From a virus (Duplodnaviria; Caudoviricetes): a DNA stretch of 64,000 bases. The stretch lies in IMG/VR virus record IMGVR_UViG_3300025428_000004, positions 502 to 64,501 of that record, one strand, 5' to 3'. Under the pieces are notes generated by a model that saw only the letters and a program-made list of their open reading frames with translations, had not been told where the DNA came from and did not search any database. Below are positions 1 through 9,822 of the stretch, in pieces. Made by a program: the position numbers and the translations under genes. How positions within the stretch are numbered: the first letter of the stretch is position 1; each line of letters begins with the position of its first letter.

Positions 1-126
1 ATCCCTCTAAGCAAAGGGGGGCTAAATGTTGCGCGTAATCTTCAATTGCTGTGCGCTTTTTGCAACCTATCGAAGAAAGATAAAGATCCGATAGATTTCA
101 TGCAACAAACTGGAAGGTTGCTCTGA
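1..126 (+). CDS. HNH endonuclease, 3' end only (5' part outside window)
   Basis: Frame 1 reads IPLSKGGLNVARNLQLLCAFCNLSKKDKDPIDFMQQTGRLL*, the C-terminal half of an HNH motif (IPLSKGG..N...NLQLLCxxCN..K); stop overlaps ATG at 126. Confidence 0.85.
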   Translation: MPLSKGGLNVARNLQLLCAFCNLSKKDKDPIDFMQQTGRLL

Positions 127-608
127 TGGGTTATGCATCACGCCAGGGGAAGCATGTAAGTATAAGCGCATCTAACCCGCAGGCGCTGGCTATCTGCGAT
201 CGTTGCGGATTTCAGCACAACCACGCAAATCTCACGTTTCAGCATGATTATGCAGGCGCAGGTCTGATCAATAAGCGTCTCCTGGTATGTGCGACGTGTG
301 AAGACAAGCCACAGCATCAATTGCGCACCATTGTCGTACCTGCGGATCCAGTGCCGATCAGAAACCCTCGCGTACCGAATTGGGATGCGATGAACAACGA
401 CTATCGCATCACCGAGGGTCAAACAGTCGTTGATCCGATTACAGGCATAAAAACACGCACAGGCGACACACGCGTCACTAATGACGGCGCTGATCGTGTC
501 ACGCAGCAAAACGGCAATGATCTTTATGCGCGCAAGTTTGTGAAGCGCGACCAAAAAACATCGAGCTGCTTGCGTGCATCAAATACTAAGCAAGGTGAGA
601 TAAAATGA
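126..608 (+). CDS. Virion morphogenesis protein with CxxC...CxxC zinc finger
   Basis: CDRC...CATC; D-x-R-[IV]-T motifs; follows adaptor gene in the circular map. Confidence 0.75.
   Translation: MGYASRQGKHVSISASNPQALAICDRCGFQHNHANLTFQHDYAGAGLINKRLLVCATCEDKPQHQLRTIVVPADPVPIRNPRVPNWDAMNNDYRITEGQTVVDPITGIKTRTGDTRVTNDGADRVTQQNGNDLYARKFVKRDQKTSSCLRASNTKQGEIK
240..341 (+). repeat. 102-bp exact direct repeat, copy 1 (copy 2 at 63899-64000)
   Basis: cagcatgattatgcaggc...cattgtcgtacct identical at both window ends; upstream sequences diverge. Confidence 0.95.
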
Positions 609-2623
609 GCGACGTCCAGATTACACAACTACCGCTAGTGACAGCGATCAACGGTGATGAGTCGATTGAAGCAGTTCAAGGCGGCACGTCTGTTCAGGTA
701 AAGCTAAAACAGGTTGCGTCGCTTGGTTACGGACCAACGGGCCCTACAGGTCCAAAAGGGGATTCAATAACCGGGCCGACCGGAAGCTCAGGCCCACAAG
801 GGCCAACTGGCGATCGCGGCGCTGCGATGAATTACAAAGGCGTTATCGATACTGAAAACGAATTGCCTGCGGAAGCATACGACGGTGATGCATACGTTAC
901 GCTGAACACGGGCGATCTTTGGGCGTTCAAAGGTATTGGTCCATTTCCTGCGGGACGTATTAAGCGCATTGGCGCTGTTCCTGTCGGTTGGACAAACCTC
1001 GGCAAGTCATCTGTCGGCATTACAGGCCCACAAGGTCCAACGGGTCCGAATTCTGGCTTTCTTTATCAAGGTGAAGTCGCAACCGTTAATGATCTGCCAT
1101 TAACAGGTGAAAAGGTTGGCTGGGCATATGTTGTTCGCGCAAACTATCATCTGTATCTGTGGGACGGATCTCTGTGGAATGACAGCGGACCAGTAACATT
1201 TGGAACGACAGGGCCGACCGGCGCCCAAGGTCCAGCATCAACAATTCCTGGCCCACAAGGCCCGACAGGCGCAGCCGGCGAAACTGTAAACCTTCGCGGA
1301 ACATTCCAGAATGCGTCGCCATCAAGCTTGCCGCAAAACGGTTTAATTCCTGCAAACTTTGATGGCCCAGGCAAGCCTTTAACGGACATACAATTCCTTA
1401 TCGGCGATGGCTTGCTCTACACAGGTACAAGCGTACCGTCGAATACAGGTCACACGTTTGAATATGTCAGCGTAAGCAGCCTTAATCCTTCTGGGTGGGC
1501 TGATGTTGGCATCATCACCGGACCGCAGGGAATTCCTGGCGCCACCGGGCCTACTGGTCCACAAGGCGCTGCCTCGACCGTACCTGGACCGATGGGTCCA
1601 AAAGGCGACTCTGTCACCGGACCAACCGGCCCTAAAGGAGATCCGTCAAATGTTACCGGCCCAACTGGTCCTGAAGGGCCTGCCGGTAAAGGCATCAATT
1701 TCCAAGGTGTCGTTCCAACATACGCAAACCTTCCTGGCTCGCCAGACAAGGCTGATGGTTACATCACTGCCGACACAAATCATCTTTGGATCTTTGACGG
1801 TACGAAGTGGTACGATGATGGTCTTGTTGCTGTCGGCGTGACCGGACCTCGCGGCGCGACGGGCCCCACCGGTCCTCAGTCAATTGTCCCTGGACCGCCT
1901 GGACCCGATGGAAACGACGGACCGACCGGGCCTACCGGAAGCCAAGGAATTCAAGGGGATATCGGACCTACCGGCCCTACGGGAACAACCGGAATTCCAG
2001 GCCCAGCGATCGTTGGCATGATCGCGATGTTTGCTGGTCCGCAATATCTGCCGAGCGGATGGAAGGTCTGCGACGGCACGAATGGCACTGTCGATCTGCG
2101 TGATCGCTTCATCGTTTGCGCAGGGGGCAAATATTCGCTCGATCAGCGTGGCGGTTCAACAACGATCACTGTCGAAAACATGCCATCGCATAATCACGGT
2201 GGCGGCTCGGCTGGCCAAACAGGCGATCAAAGTAATGGCCATACGCATACGTTCGGCGAAGGCGGCATTCCATTTAGTGGAACGACAAGCGCAGACGGCG
2301 CTCACAGTCACGGTGTATCAGGCGGCGGTCACGATCACGGCGTGTTGGGTACAGGTCCAAACGCGAACGGCGGCGGCGGTGGCTGGCTGATTAACCCTGA
2401 AGCCATCAGAACCAGAACCGAAAACGTCAATGCCGGCATTGGCATTGAGGGCGTCGGTGATCACGCTCATACGTTTAGTGGGTCCGTTAGCGTCTCTGGT
2501 ACGACAGGCGATATCAATCAGGGTCATACGCATTCTTACACTGCAATCATCAACTCAGAAGGCGGTGGACAGGATTACATGCCTCCATACGTCGCACTGA
2601 TCTTTGCTCAATATTTAGGGTGA
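605..2623 (+). CDS. Collagen-like tail fibre with C-terminal tail-collar-like domain
   Basis: Several Gly-Pro-Thr/Gln triplet blocks separated by globular repeats; GMIAMFAG...PSGWKVCDG...DLRDRF collar motif; HxH repeats. Confidence 0.85.
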   Translation: MSDVQITQLPLVTAINGDESIEAVQGGTSVQVKLKQVASLGYGPTGPTGPKGDSITGPTGSSGPQGPTGDRGAAMNYKGVIDTENELPAEAYDGDAYVTLNTGDLWAFKGIGPFPAGRIKRIGAVPVGWTNLGKSSVGITGPQGPTGPNSGFLYQGEVATVNDLPLTGEKVGWAYVVRANYHLYLWDGSLWNDSGPVTFGTTGPTGAQGPASTIPGPQGPTGAAGETVNLRGTFQNASPSSLPQNGLIPANFDGPGKPLTDIQFLIGDGLLYTGTSVPSNTGHTFEYVSVSSLNPSGWADVGIITGPQGIPGATGPTGPQGAASTVPGPMGPKGDSVTGPTGPKGDPSNVTGPTGPEGPAGKGINFQGVVPTYANLPGSPDKADGYITADTNHLWIFDGTKWYDDGLVAVGVTGPRGATGPTGPQSIVPGPPGPDGNDGPTGPTGSQGIQGDIGPTGPTGTTGIPGPAIVGMIAMFAGPQYLPSGWKVCDGTNGTVDLRDRFIVCAGGKYSLDQRGGSTTITVENMPSHNHGGGSAGQTGDQSNGHTHTFGEGGIPFSGTTSADGAHSHGVSGGGHDHGVLGTGPNANGGGGGWLINPEAIRTRTENVNAGIGIEGVGDHAHTFSGSVSVSGTTGDINQGHTHSYTAIINSEGGGQDYMPPYVALIFAQYLG

Positions 2624-2627
2624 TAAA

Positions 2628-3107
2628 ATGACTGCTATTCCTAATCCACCAAATGCTCCTGCCGGTCACGTCGCTGAGTGGAACGGTACTGCATGGGAGA
2701 TTGGTCCTATAAGAAAGAACATCGTTCCAACAAGGCCGATTATCCCAGAAGGATATTCAGCGCATTGGAACGAATTAGAGTGGGTTGTATCTCCACCACC
2801 ACCGCCACCAGAGCCGCCAACGCCGAGCGAGATTACGACACGCACAATGCTCAAAGCATCGTACGCGCTGAATGAGCATGCGTTTTATTTCGCGCAGGGC
2901 GTTTGGGATAATATTGTGCCTGACAGTCAGTTTGCCTTGAAACAGTGGTCCCAAACAGTAACAAGTATCATGGCCAAAGCGCAGAAGATCTTGGTTGATG
3001 GTACGGACGAAGCTTATGCTGAAGAGCTCCCTCCAGCGCCATCAGTTAATCCTGCGTCGAAAGACGGTCATGGATTTACGGTTTACCTAAGTGAGCCGTC
3101 AAAATGA
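2628..3107 (+). CDS. Putative tail-fibre assembly protein
   Basis: WNGTAW motif, Pro-rich linker, directly after the fibre gene. Confidence 0.55.
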   Translation: MTAIPNPPNAPAGHVAEWNGTAWEIGPIRKNIVPTRPIIPEGYSAHWNELEWVVSPPPPPPEPPTPSEITTRTMLKASYALNEHAFYFAQGVWDNIVPDSQFALKQWSQTVTSIMAKAQKILVDGTDEAYAEELPPAPSVNPASKDGHGFTVYLSEPSK

Positions 3108-3699
3108 AAGAATGAGCGTGACCAAGATAGAGGACTATATCGTCAAATTAGATCGTTGCATGCCAGAGTCTTTATGCATCGAGCTCATCAATGAATATGG
3201 TCCCTCTAACTTATGGGAAGCGTCAAAGATCGAGGTTGGTAACGCGGAAAAGGGGGTCGATGTTTACGCCTCTGACGACGTCCGTAAATGCGATCGCATA
3301 CCAATATCTGTGCCGGAGGTTTTGCAGGAAAGCGCAAAACGGAAAGAGCTTGATCAGCGTGTGATGACGATCGTATCAAGCGTATTTCAGACCTATTACG
3401 ACAAGTTCAAATACGCAAAGTGCTCAAGGGATACAGGTTACGACTTGCTACGTTATGATGTGGGCGGAAAGTTCACGCAGCATGTTGATAGCACGGCTAG
3501 GACGCCACGGATTCTGACGATCGCGTTTACGCTGAATGATGAGTTTGAAGGTGGAGAGTTTGCTTTCTTTGATCGGAAGCTGAGTTATCGCCTTGGTGTC
3601 GGCGACTGCCTGGTTTTCCCATCGAGCTTTCAATACCCGCATGAAGTTCTGCCGATAACAAAAGGCCGACGTTATGCGCTGATAACATGGATGCAGTGA
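3091..3699 (+). CDS. 2OG-Fe(II) dioxygenase, prolyl-hydroxylase-like
   Basis: LLRY..G.F..HVD...LND.FEGGEF..FPS..HEVLPITKGRRY: HxD...H triad and 2OG-binding Arg. Confidence 0.9.
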   Translation: MSRQNERMSVTKIEDYIVKLDRCMPESLCIELINEYGPSNLWEASKIEVGNAEKGVDVYASDDVRKCDRIPISVPEVLQESAKRKELDQRVMTIVSSVFQTYYDKFKYAKCSRDTGYDLLRYDVGGKFTQHVDSTARTPRILTIAFTLNDEFEGGEFAFFDRKLSYRLGVGDCLVFPSSFQYPHEVLPITKGRRYALITWMQ

Positions 3700-4790
3700 T
3701 GACTGACAAGAAGCTGAAGATCTGCGTTTACGCCATATCAAAGAACGAGGAGCAGTTTGTTGAGCGATTTGTCACATCAGCAAAGGGAGCAGATGTTATC
3801 CTCATTGCGGACACGGGTTCTACGGATGGGACGGTTGCGCGCGCAAGAGAATGCGGTGCGACAGTGCAGATCATCTGTATTACACCTTGGCGCTTTGATC
3901 ACGCTCGTAATGCTGCTTTGGCTCTTGTGCCCGGCGACATTGATATTTGCGTCTCCCTTGATCTTGACGAGGTGCTAGAGCCTGGATGGCGTGAAGAGAT
4001 CGAGCGCGTCTGGGTCGATGGGACAACGCGCCTGCGCTATATGTATGATTGGGGTAAGGGGATTAAGTTCCTTTACGAGAAGATCCATGCGCGTCATGGC
4101 TATTACTGGCATCACCCCTGTCACGAATATCCCGTACCAGATGCACGGATCACGGAGGTCTGGGCAGAAACGCATCAGCTTCTTGTGGCGCATTTGCCGG
4201 ACAATACGAAGAGTCGCGGTTACTACATGGATTTGCTGGAGCTCTCCGTCAAAGAGGATCCAGATTGCCCTAGAAACGCGTTCTACTACGCGCGTGAGCT
4301 GTCATTTAATTACCGCTGGCAAGAGTCAATCGACGCCTGCAATCGCTATCTTGCTTTGCCAAAAGCTGATTGGGCGAATGAGCGGTGCTTTGCGTACCGC
4401 GTGATGGGAAAATGTTACGAGCATCTGCGTATGACCTGGAAGGCAGAAGAGTCGTATCTGCGCGCTTGCGCAGAGGCTCCATGCACGCGTGAACCGTGGA
4501 TTGCGCTTGCAGGACTGTATTATGCAAGCGGTCGCTGGGCTGAGTGCTACAGCGCTGCAACGAGAGCTCTGTCGATCGTAGAGCGCGATAAAGTCTACAC
4601 AAGCGATCCAGAGTCCTGGGGGTCTAAGCCGCACGACTATGCTGCTCTATCTGCATGGTACATCGGCATGAAAGACGAGGCCTTAAAGCAAGGCCAGATC
4701 GCAATAGATCTATCGCCGGATGACGAGCGCCTAAAAGAGAATATGCGCTGGTATCTTGGCGAGATGGACGTATCTGAGGCTGCGGAATGA
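3699..4790 (+). CDS. GT2 glycosyltransferase with C-terminal TPR repeats
   Basis: VYAISKNEE, DTGSTDGT, FDHARN, LDLDE (DxD), HHPCHE, helical TPR-like C-terminus. Confidence 0.9.
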   Translation: MTDKKLKICVYAISKNEEQFVERFVTSAKGADVILIADTGSTDGTVARARECGATVQIICITPWRFDHARNAALALVPGDIDICVSLDLDEVLEPGWREEIERVWVDGTTRLRYMYDWGKGIKFLYEKIHARHGYYWHHPCHEYPVPDARITEVWAETHQLLVAHLPDNTKSRGYYMDLLELSVKEDPDCPRNAFYYARELSFNYRWQESIDACNRYLALPKADWANERCFAYRVMGKCYEHLRMTWKAEESYLRACAEAPCTREPWIALAGLYYASGRWAECYSAATRALSIVERDKVYTSDPESWGSKPHDYAALSAWYIGMKDEALKQGQIAIDLSPDDERLKENMRWYLGEMDVSEAAE

Positions 4791-5545
4791 TTGATCTCGC
4801 CGTCTTCTTTTCCGCTGTCCGTAAGACGTTATTTCCTAACGGTCTGACTAAGGGTCAGGTCGATGGGATGGAAAAGATAATTGCTTATTGGCAAGAGAAT
4901 TGGCCGCGTATGCCGCTTGATGAAATGGCGTATGTGTTAGCGACCATCTACCATGAGACAGGCAAGGTTATGCGGCCTGTCAAAGAAGGTGGCGGCGAAA
5001 GATATTTACGAAGCAAAAAATATTTTCCACATATCGGTGTCGGCCTCATTCAGATAACGTGGGCGGCAAACTGGAAGCGATGGGGCATTAACTCGATTGA
5101 TGATGGCCTGTCTTGGCCGATTGCTTTGCGCGCCACGTTTGAGGGCATGGTCACTGGCGCGTTTACTGGTAAGCGGCTGTCAGATTATATCGGTAAAGGC
5201 CGCAGGGATTATGTTAATGCGCGCCGTATCATTAACGGCACAGACCGCGCTCAATTAATTGCTGGCTATGCGGAGAAGTTCCGCGCTGCGCTGATTGCGG
5301 CTGAACGGCAGGAGCCTATTGCTCCGCCAATGCCGGACGTAGCAAGCGCCGAGTTCATAGCTATGTTGAAGCTTGCTTTACAGGATGATGCTGTTCGGGA
5401 GGAGATTATCGCAATTGTGTTCCCTGACGATGAACAGCAAGTCGCAGAGCTAGACCCCATGGATGAACTGCATGACGAGTATGGCGCGCAATCTGGGCTA
5501 GCTTTTGCTGACGCTGACTATGACAGGGATGAGAGGCTTGGATAA
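4787..5545 (+). CDS. Endolysin, GH19-like muramidase
   Basis: AYVLAT.YHET, G.GLIQITW..N, ARRIINGTDRA..IA motifs. Confidence 0.85.
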   Translation: MIDLAVFFSAVRKTLFPNGLTKGQVDGMEKIIAYWQENWPRMPLDEMAYVLATIYHETGKVMRPVKEGGGERYLRSKKYFPHIGVGLIQITWAANWKRWGINSIDDGLSWPIALRATFEGMVTGAFTGKRLSDYIGKGRRDYVNARRIINGTDRAQLIAGYAEKFRAALIAAERQEPIAPPMPDVASAEFIAMLKLALQDDAVREEIIAIVFPDDEQQVAELDPMDELHDEYGAQSGLAFADADYDRDERLG

Positions 5546-5912
5546 ACCGCCTCCACCAAGACGTGAGCCTAGATACACCCAAGAAACCATTTATCGGGAC
5601 AGCGGGACGGTAACGACTGTCGCTAACAGGGTGTTCGATGCCTACAAGGTGAACCCAACATTAATCGCTATGGTCCTCTTGCTTCTAATCATTTTGGGCG
5701 GCTTGGGTTATTATATGATGTATAACGACGCGAGAATCTACGCATACATTGCCGCGAGAGACTTGCAGCGCGCGGAGCTCTACGATCGCATGATCGAGAT
5801 GGCGCTGAAGTGCCGTGACAAGCCTTTAGACAAGGAAGCTTTTCCGCAATTGGAATTCCCGCAAGGAATCACCAAGCCGGCCCCTACGCCCAATAAAAGG
5901 GACGGAAAGTAG
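5529..5912 (+). CDS. Single-TM membrane protein (possible holin/antiholin)
   Basis: Hydrophobic LIAMVLLLLIILGGLGYY; overlaps the endolysin end. Confidence 0.45.
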   Translation: MRGLDKPPPPRREPRYTQETIYRDSGTVTTVANRVFDAYKVNPTLIAMVLLLLIILGGLGYYMMYNDARIYAYIAARDLQRAELYDRMIEMALKCRDKPLDKEAFPQLEFPQGITKPAPTPNKRDGK

Positions 5913-5998
5913 CCTAGATGGTTACAAACGCGGTGACTTACGGTACAAGTTTTATCTATCTGTTCAACGTGTAACTGCGTATCTAACCACGTCGCTGA

Positions 5999-6730
5999 AT
6001 GACAGCGGGATTAAACTATCAGGGATTCGTCAATCAGATATCGACATTGGCTGTCGTTTCATCTGGAGACGCCAATTTCCTTGCGATTTTGCCGCAAGCG
6101 ATAACCTATGCCGAGAATCGCATATATCGCGAGCTGGACCTACTTTTCACGTCTGTCGCGAACACGTCTTTTGCCCTGACGGCTAATAATCGGCAGATCA
6201 CGATTCCTGCCGGTACCTTTGTCGTTCCAGAACAGATCAACGTCATCGCGCCATCGTCAGCGACAGGGCCTGATAACGGCATACGCGTACCGTTACTGGC
6301 AGCGACGCGAGAATTTATCGACGCCACATGCGGTGATTCCAGATACGTCGGATTGCCAAAGTATTTTGCACCTGTAGGCGAGGCGAAGGGCAATCTGTCC
6401 TTCATCGTTGGTCCGTATCCAGACGCACCGTACAAGCTTGAGATCGTTGGCACGATCCGGCCGGACAGCCTTTCGACAACGAATCCGACCACGTTTATCA
6501 GTCAATTCCTGCCTGATCTTATGATCAATGCCGCAATGATCTACGTCAGCGGCTATCAGCGTAACTTTTCATCGAATGCCGCCAATGATCCGCAAATGCC
6601 GGTCAATTATGAGACGCTGTACCAGACAGCGATGAAAGCGGCGATGATGGAAGAGGCGCGCAAAAAGTTCGAGGCCGCTGCCTGGTCCGATAAGTCGATA
6701 TATCCAGTATCAACACCGTCGCGGGGATAA
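5999..6730 (+). CDS. Tail adaptor / tail tubular protein A-like
   Basis: I..AE.RI.REL, G.PKYFA, VGP.PD..Y motifs; position before nozzle gene. Confidence 0.7.
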   Translation: MTAGLNYQGFVNQISTLAVVSSGDANFLAILPQAITYAENRIYRELDLLFTSVANTSFALTANNRQITIPAGTFVVPEQINVIAPSSATGPDNGIRVPLLAATREFIDATCGDSRYVGLPKYFAPVGEAKGNLSFIVGPYPDAPYKLEIVGTIRPDSLSTTNPTTFISQFLPDLMINAAMIYVSGYQRNFSSNAANDPQMPVNYETLYQTAMKAAMMEEARKKFEAAAWSDKSIYPVSTPSRG

Positions 6731-6733
6731 TAA

Positions 6734-9457
6734 ATGTCCCACGCTACGCTCAAATTTGTTCCTGGCGTAAACAGAAACAGGACGCCTGCGCTCAACGAGA
6801 CGCAGCTATCCGAGTCAAACCTGATCCGTTTTGTGCCTGACAATCAGGGATTGGGTCTTGTTCAAAAGCTTGGTGGGTGGAAAAAGTTCTTCACGGGCAG
6901 CTTAAGCACGATCACGCGTACGCTTTGGGCCTGGCAAGATACAAACGATGGGCAGCATCTTGCTTGCGGTGGTCAGACAAATTTCGTCAATGCTGACACG
7001 GCATACGCCAATGGCGCAGAAATTATCATCACTTACACGGCTCCTGAGAACTACTTTCAGACCGGTGCATATGTCACGTTGAATGGCTTTCAGCCAGAAG
7101 CGCTAAATGGTGTTCATCGTGTGCTTGTATCGACGCAGGGCTATTTAGCCGTTGATACGACCTATACAGGCGCATGCACGACGCTGGGCTCAGTCTTTAT
7201 CGGCACGTCATTGTCGGTAATAACGAACGGTTCATTGGCCGATATTACGCCAGGCTATCAGTTCACCGAGCCTTATGTGCATATATCGACGACCGGCGGA
7301 TCTCCTATCTGTATCATTGAAGACAAGGAAATTCAGGTAAAGACGGGCGACTCTGTCTACATCAAGACGCATATCAGCGTTGGCGGCATTGTTCTGTTTG
7401 GCGCATACGATGTCACGTATGTCGATGCGACGCATTACAGCATCGTTTCTGTGGACGTGCTAGGAAATCCAAAGCCTGCAACGGCGACCGTTGGCGGTGG
7501 CGGCGTTTTGCCTATCTTCGACTTCGCGATTGGCTCTCCCTATGTGACCGTGACATTGCCTAATCACGGCTATGCGGAAGGGGATACATTTCCAATTATC
7601 GTACCTGTATATGCCGGCACCGTTAGCCTTTACGGCAACTATATTGTCTCGCTGCTTGACGTTAATGATCCCGTCAACACGTTTACGATCACCGCGTCTA
7701 ATGTTGCAACGACGTCAACCCTGGCATGCCGCCCATTAAGCTTATCCAGTGACGGTCAGAACGCATATTTTCATCTATCTGCACCCTATGGCGTCGATGT
7801 TGGCGACAAGATCCGCGTGCAGGATTCAGAGCCAAGCTTGGATGGAGAATATACAGTCACATCAGTTGGCGAGTTTTTCTTCACCGTAGCATCCACCAAC
7901 AATTGGAATTTCGAGACTGATACTGGCTATTTCTACAAGTCCCAGGGCGGTGACGGTAAGAAGCTGGAGATTGCGTATAGCTCTCCCTATAACGCCAATG
8001 TCGGCGATACGATCTACCTGTCTTCGTTCGTACCGAATGCTTATAACGGCGAATGGAAGGTCACAGGCGCTGGATACTACAGCGTAGAGATAGACACGAC
8101 CGTCACAGGCTCGATCACGTCTATTGGCGTGCTATTCGTTAAGGACACCGTTCTTAATCTCGGTCGCCCGATATATCAGTATTTCAACTCTGCTTATGTT
8201 GTCCCTGTTCAGGCCGGCTACGGTCTCGGTGGGTACGGTGTTGGCGGTTATGGTATTGGCGCAATTGTTCCGCCGACGCCAAAGATAGAGATCCCCGTTA
8301 CAGCGACAAGCTGGTCATTGGATAACTGGGGCGAGATTCTCATCGCCTGTCCAGAAGGTGGACCTATCTTTCAGTGGTCTCCTATCGCTAACCAGGCGAC
8401 AGCGGCTGTTATTTCACAAGGTCCGCTCGTTAATGACGGTTGCTTCGTCGCGATGCCTCAACGTCAGATCGTTGCCTGGGGGAGCTCCTTTACCGGTATT
8501 AAAGATCCGCTGCTTGTACGTTGGTGCGACGTTAATGATTATACGACCTGGTCAGCCACAGTAACAAATCAGGCTGGTAGCTATCGCATATCAAAAGGCT
8601 CAAAGATTGTCGGCGGCATCCAAGGTCCGCAACAAGCTCTGATCTGGACCGATATTGCATTGTGGTCGATGCAGTACATTGGTCTGCCGTACGTCTATAG
8701 TTTCACAGAAATTGGTACGGGCTGCGGTTTGATCTCGCGTAGAGCGGCCGGATCTCTTGGCGGCGCTGTTTACTGGATGTCACAATCTCAATTCTTCGTT
8801 CTTGGCAGTGAAGGCCCGACGCCTTTGCCATGCCCGATATGGGACGTGATTTTCCAAGACATGGATCTGGATAACGTCGATAAGATCCGCTTTGCTGCGA
8901 ATTCCAATTTCAACGAGGTGATGTGGTACTACCCGACGACATTGTCGAGCGGTGAAAATAGTCGCTACGTCAAATATAACACTGTTCTGCAATGCTGGGA
9001 TTACGGCGTTCTCGATCGTACCGCGTGGATCAATCAGTCAGTATTCGGTCCGCCAATTGGCGCAGGCGCAGATAAGTTCATTTACCAGCATGAGACCGCG
9101 CTCGATGCAGACGGCCAAAATATGCCGTCATTTTTCAAGACGGGTTATGCCCAGGTAGGCGAAGGCGAGTTCAAGATCTTCCTCGATCAGGTTTGGCCCG
9201 ATTTCAAATGGGGATTTGACGAAGGTTCAACGGCTGCAAACCTGAATATCACGTTCTGGGTCACTGATTACCCTGGCGATACACCAAAGATATTTGGTCC
9301 GATGCCGTTCGATAAAACAACAGAATATCTCACGCCAAGATTTAGAGGCCGTCTTGTTGCAATTGAGATCAACGAGGTCGATGGCCCACAAAACACGCAA
9401 GCGTTCTGGCGTATCGGCGCATTGCGGTACCGCGCAATTCAAGATGGGAAGTTCTGA
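6734..9457 (+). CDS. Tail nozzle / stabilisation protein with inserted beta-rich repeats
   Basis: 907 aa; WSLDNWGE, RWCD..D...W, GCGLI, EVMWYYP motifs; repeated HG...GD modules. Confidence 0.75.
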   Translation: MSHATLKFVPGVNRNRTPALNETQLSESNLIRFVPDNQGLGLVQKLGGWKKFFTGSLSTITRTLWAWQDTNDGQHLACGGQTNFVNADTAYANGAEIIITYTAPENYFQTGAYVTLNGFQPEALNGVHRVLVSTQGYLAVDTTYTGACTTLGSVFIGTSLSVITNGSLADITPGYQFTEPYVHISTTGGSPICIIEDKEIQVKTGDSVYIKTHISVGGIVLFGAYDVTYVDATHYSIVSVDVLGNPKPATATVGGGGVLPIFDFAIGSPYVTVTLPNHGYAEGDTFPIIVPVYAGTVSLYGNYIVSLLDVNDPVNTFTITASNVATTSTLACRPLSLSSDGQNAYFHLSAPYGVDVGDKIRVQDSEPSLDGEYTVTSVGEFFFTVASTNNWNFETDTGYFYKSQGGDGKKLEIAYSSPYNANVGDTIYLSSFVPNAYNGEWKVTGAGYYSVEIDTTVTGSITSIGVLFVKDTVLNLGRPIYQYFNSAYVVPVQAGYGLGGYGVGGYGIGAIVPPTPKIEIPVTATSWSLDNWGEILIACPEGGPIFQWSPIANQATAAVISQGPLVNDGCFVAMPQRQIVAWGSSFTGIKDPLLVRWCDVNDYTTWSATVTNQAGSYRISKGSKIVGGIQGPQQALIWTDIALWSMQYIGLPYVYSFTEIGTGCGLISRRAAGSLGGAVYWMSQSQFFVLGSEGPTPLPCPIWDVIFQDMDLDNVDKIRFAANSNFNEVMWYYPTTLSSGENSRYVKYNTVLQCWDYGVLDRTAWINQSVFGPPIGAGADKFIYQHETALDADGQNMPSFFKTGYAQVGEGEFKIFLDQVWPDFKWGFDEGSTAANLNITFWVTDYPGDTPKIFGPMPFDKTTEYLTPRFRGRLVAIEINEVDGPQNTQAFWRIGALRYRAIQDGKF

Positions 9458-9822
9458 TGGCGTCACAAGCTGATTTTCTCACATCGCAGAAGAATCTTGT
9501 CGTTGCGACAAGTCTCTTGAATCAATCGTGGAATGATTACCAGCGCAAAGGCTATGGCGACGTTTCGTCTTCATGCATTTCAGTGCCAACGGTTGTTTGT
9601 ACTGGTTCTGGAAACCTTGTGTCTGTTTCTGTGGTCGATGCAGGGACAGATGCCGGATTCATTTATGACGCTGCCACAGTCGAAAATCTCAATCCAAGCG
9701 CGCGACTAAAGGCGATCCTTAATACGCAAGGGATCTACCAAGCTTCGTTTCGCTTCACGAACGGTCTTGTCGTTGCTCCTGGCAAAGATCAGGCCGTAAC
9801 AGTGACCTATTCGAAAGACTGA
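9457..9822 (+). CDS. Virion structural protein
   Basis: Translationally coupled ORF in tail operon; beta-rich. Confidence 0.6.
   Translation: MASQADFLTSQKNLVVATSLLNQSWNDYQRKGYGDVSSSCISVPTVVCTGSGNLVSVSVVDAGTDAGFIYDAATVENLNPSARLKAILNTQGIYQASFRFTNGLVVAPGKDQAVTVTYSKD

Noticed and set aside
126-239. Diversity-generating retroelement template/variable pair with 63785-63898
   Set aside because: Differences are not adenine-specific and no reverse transcriptase is present.
240-341. Physical direct terminal repeat
   Set aside because: The repeat is mid-gene, is cut by the window edge and has divergent upstream alleles; it is better explained as genome wrap-around or an assembly bubble.
832-2533. Antisense and off-frame ORFs over the collagen gene
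   Set aside because: Shadows of Gly-Pro-X codon periodicity.
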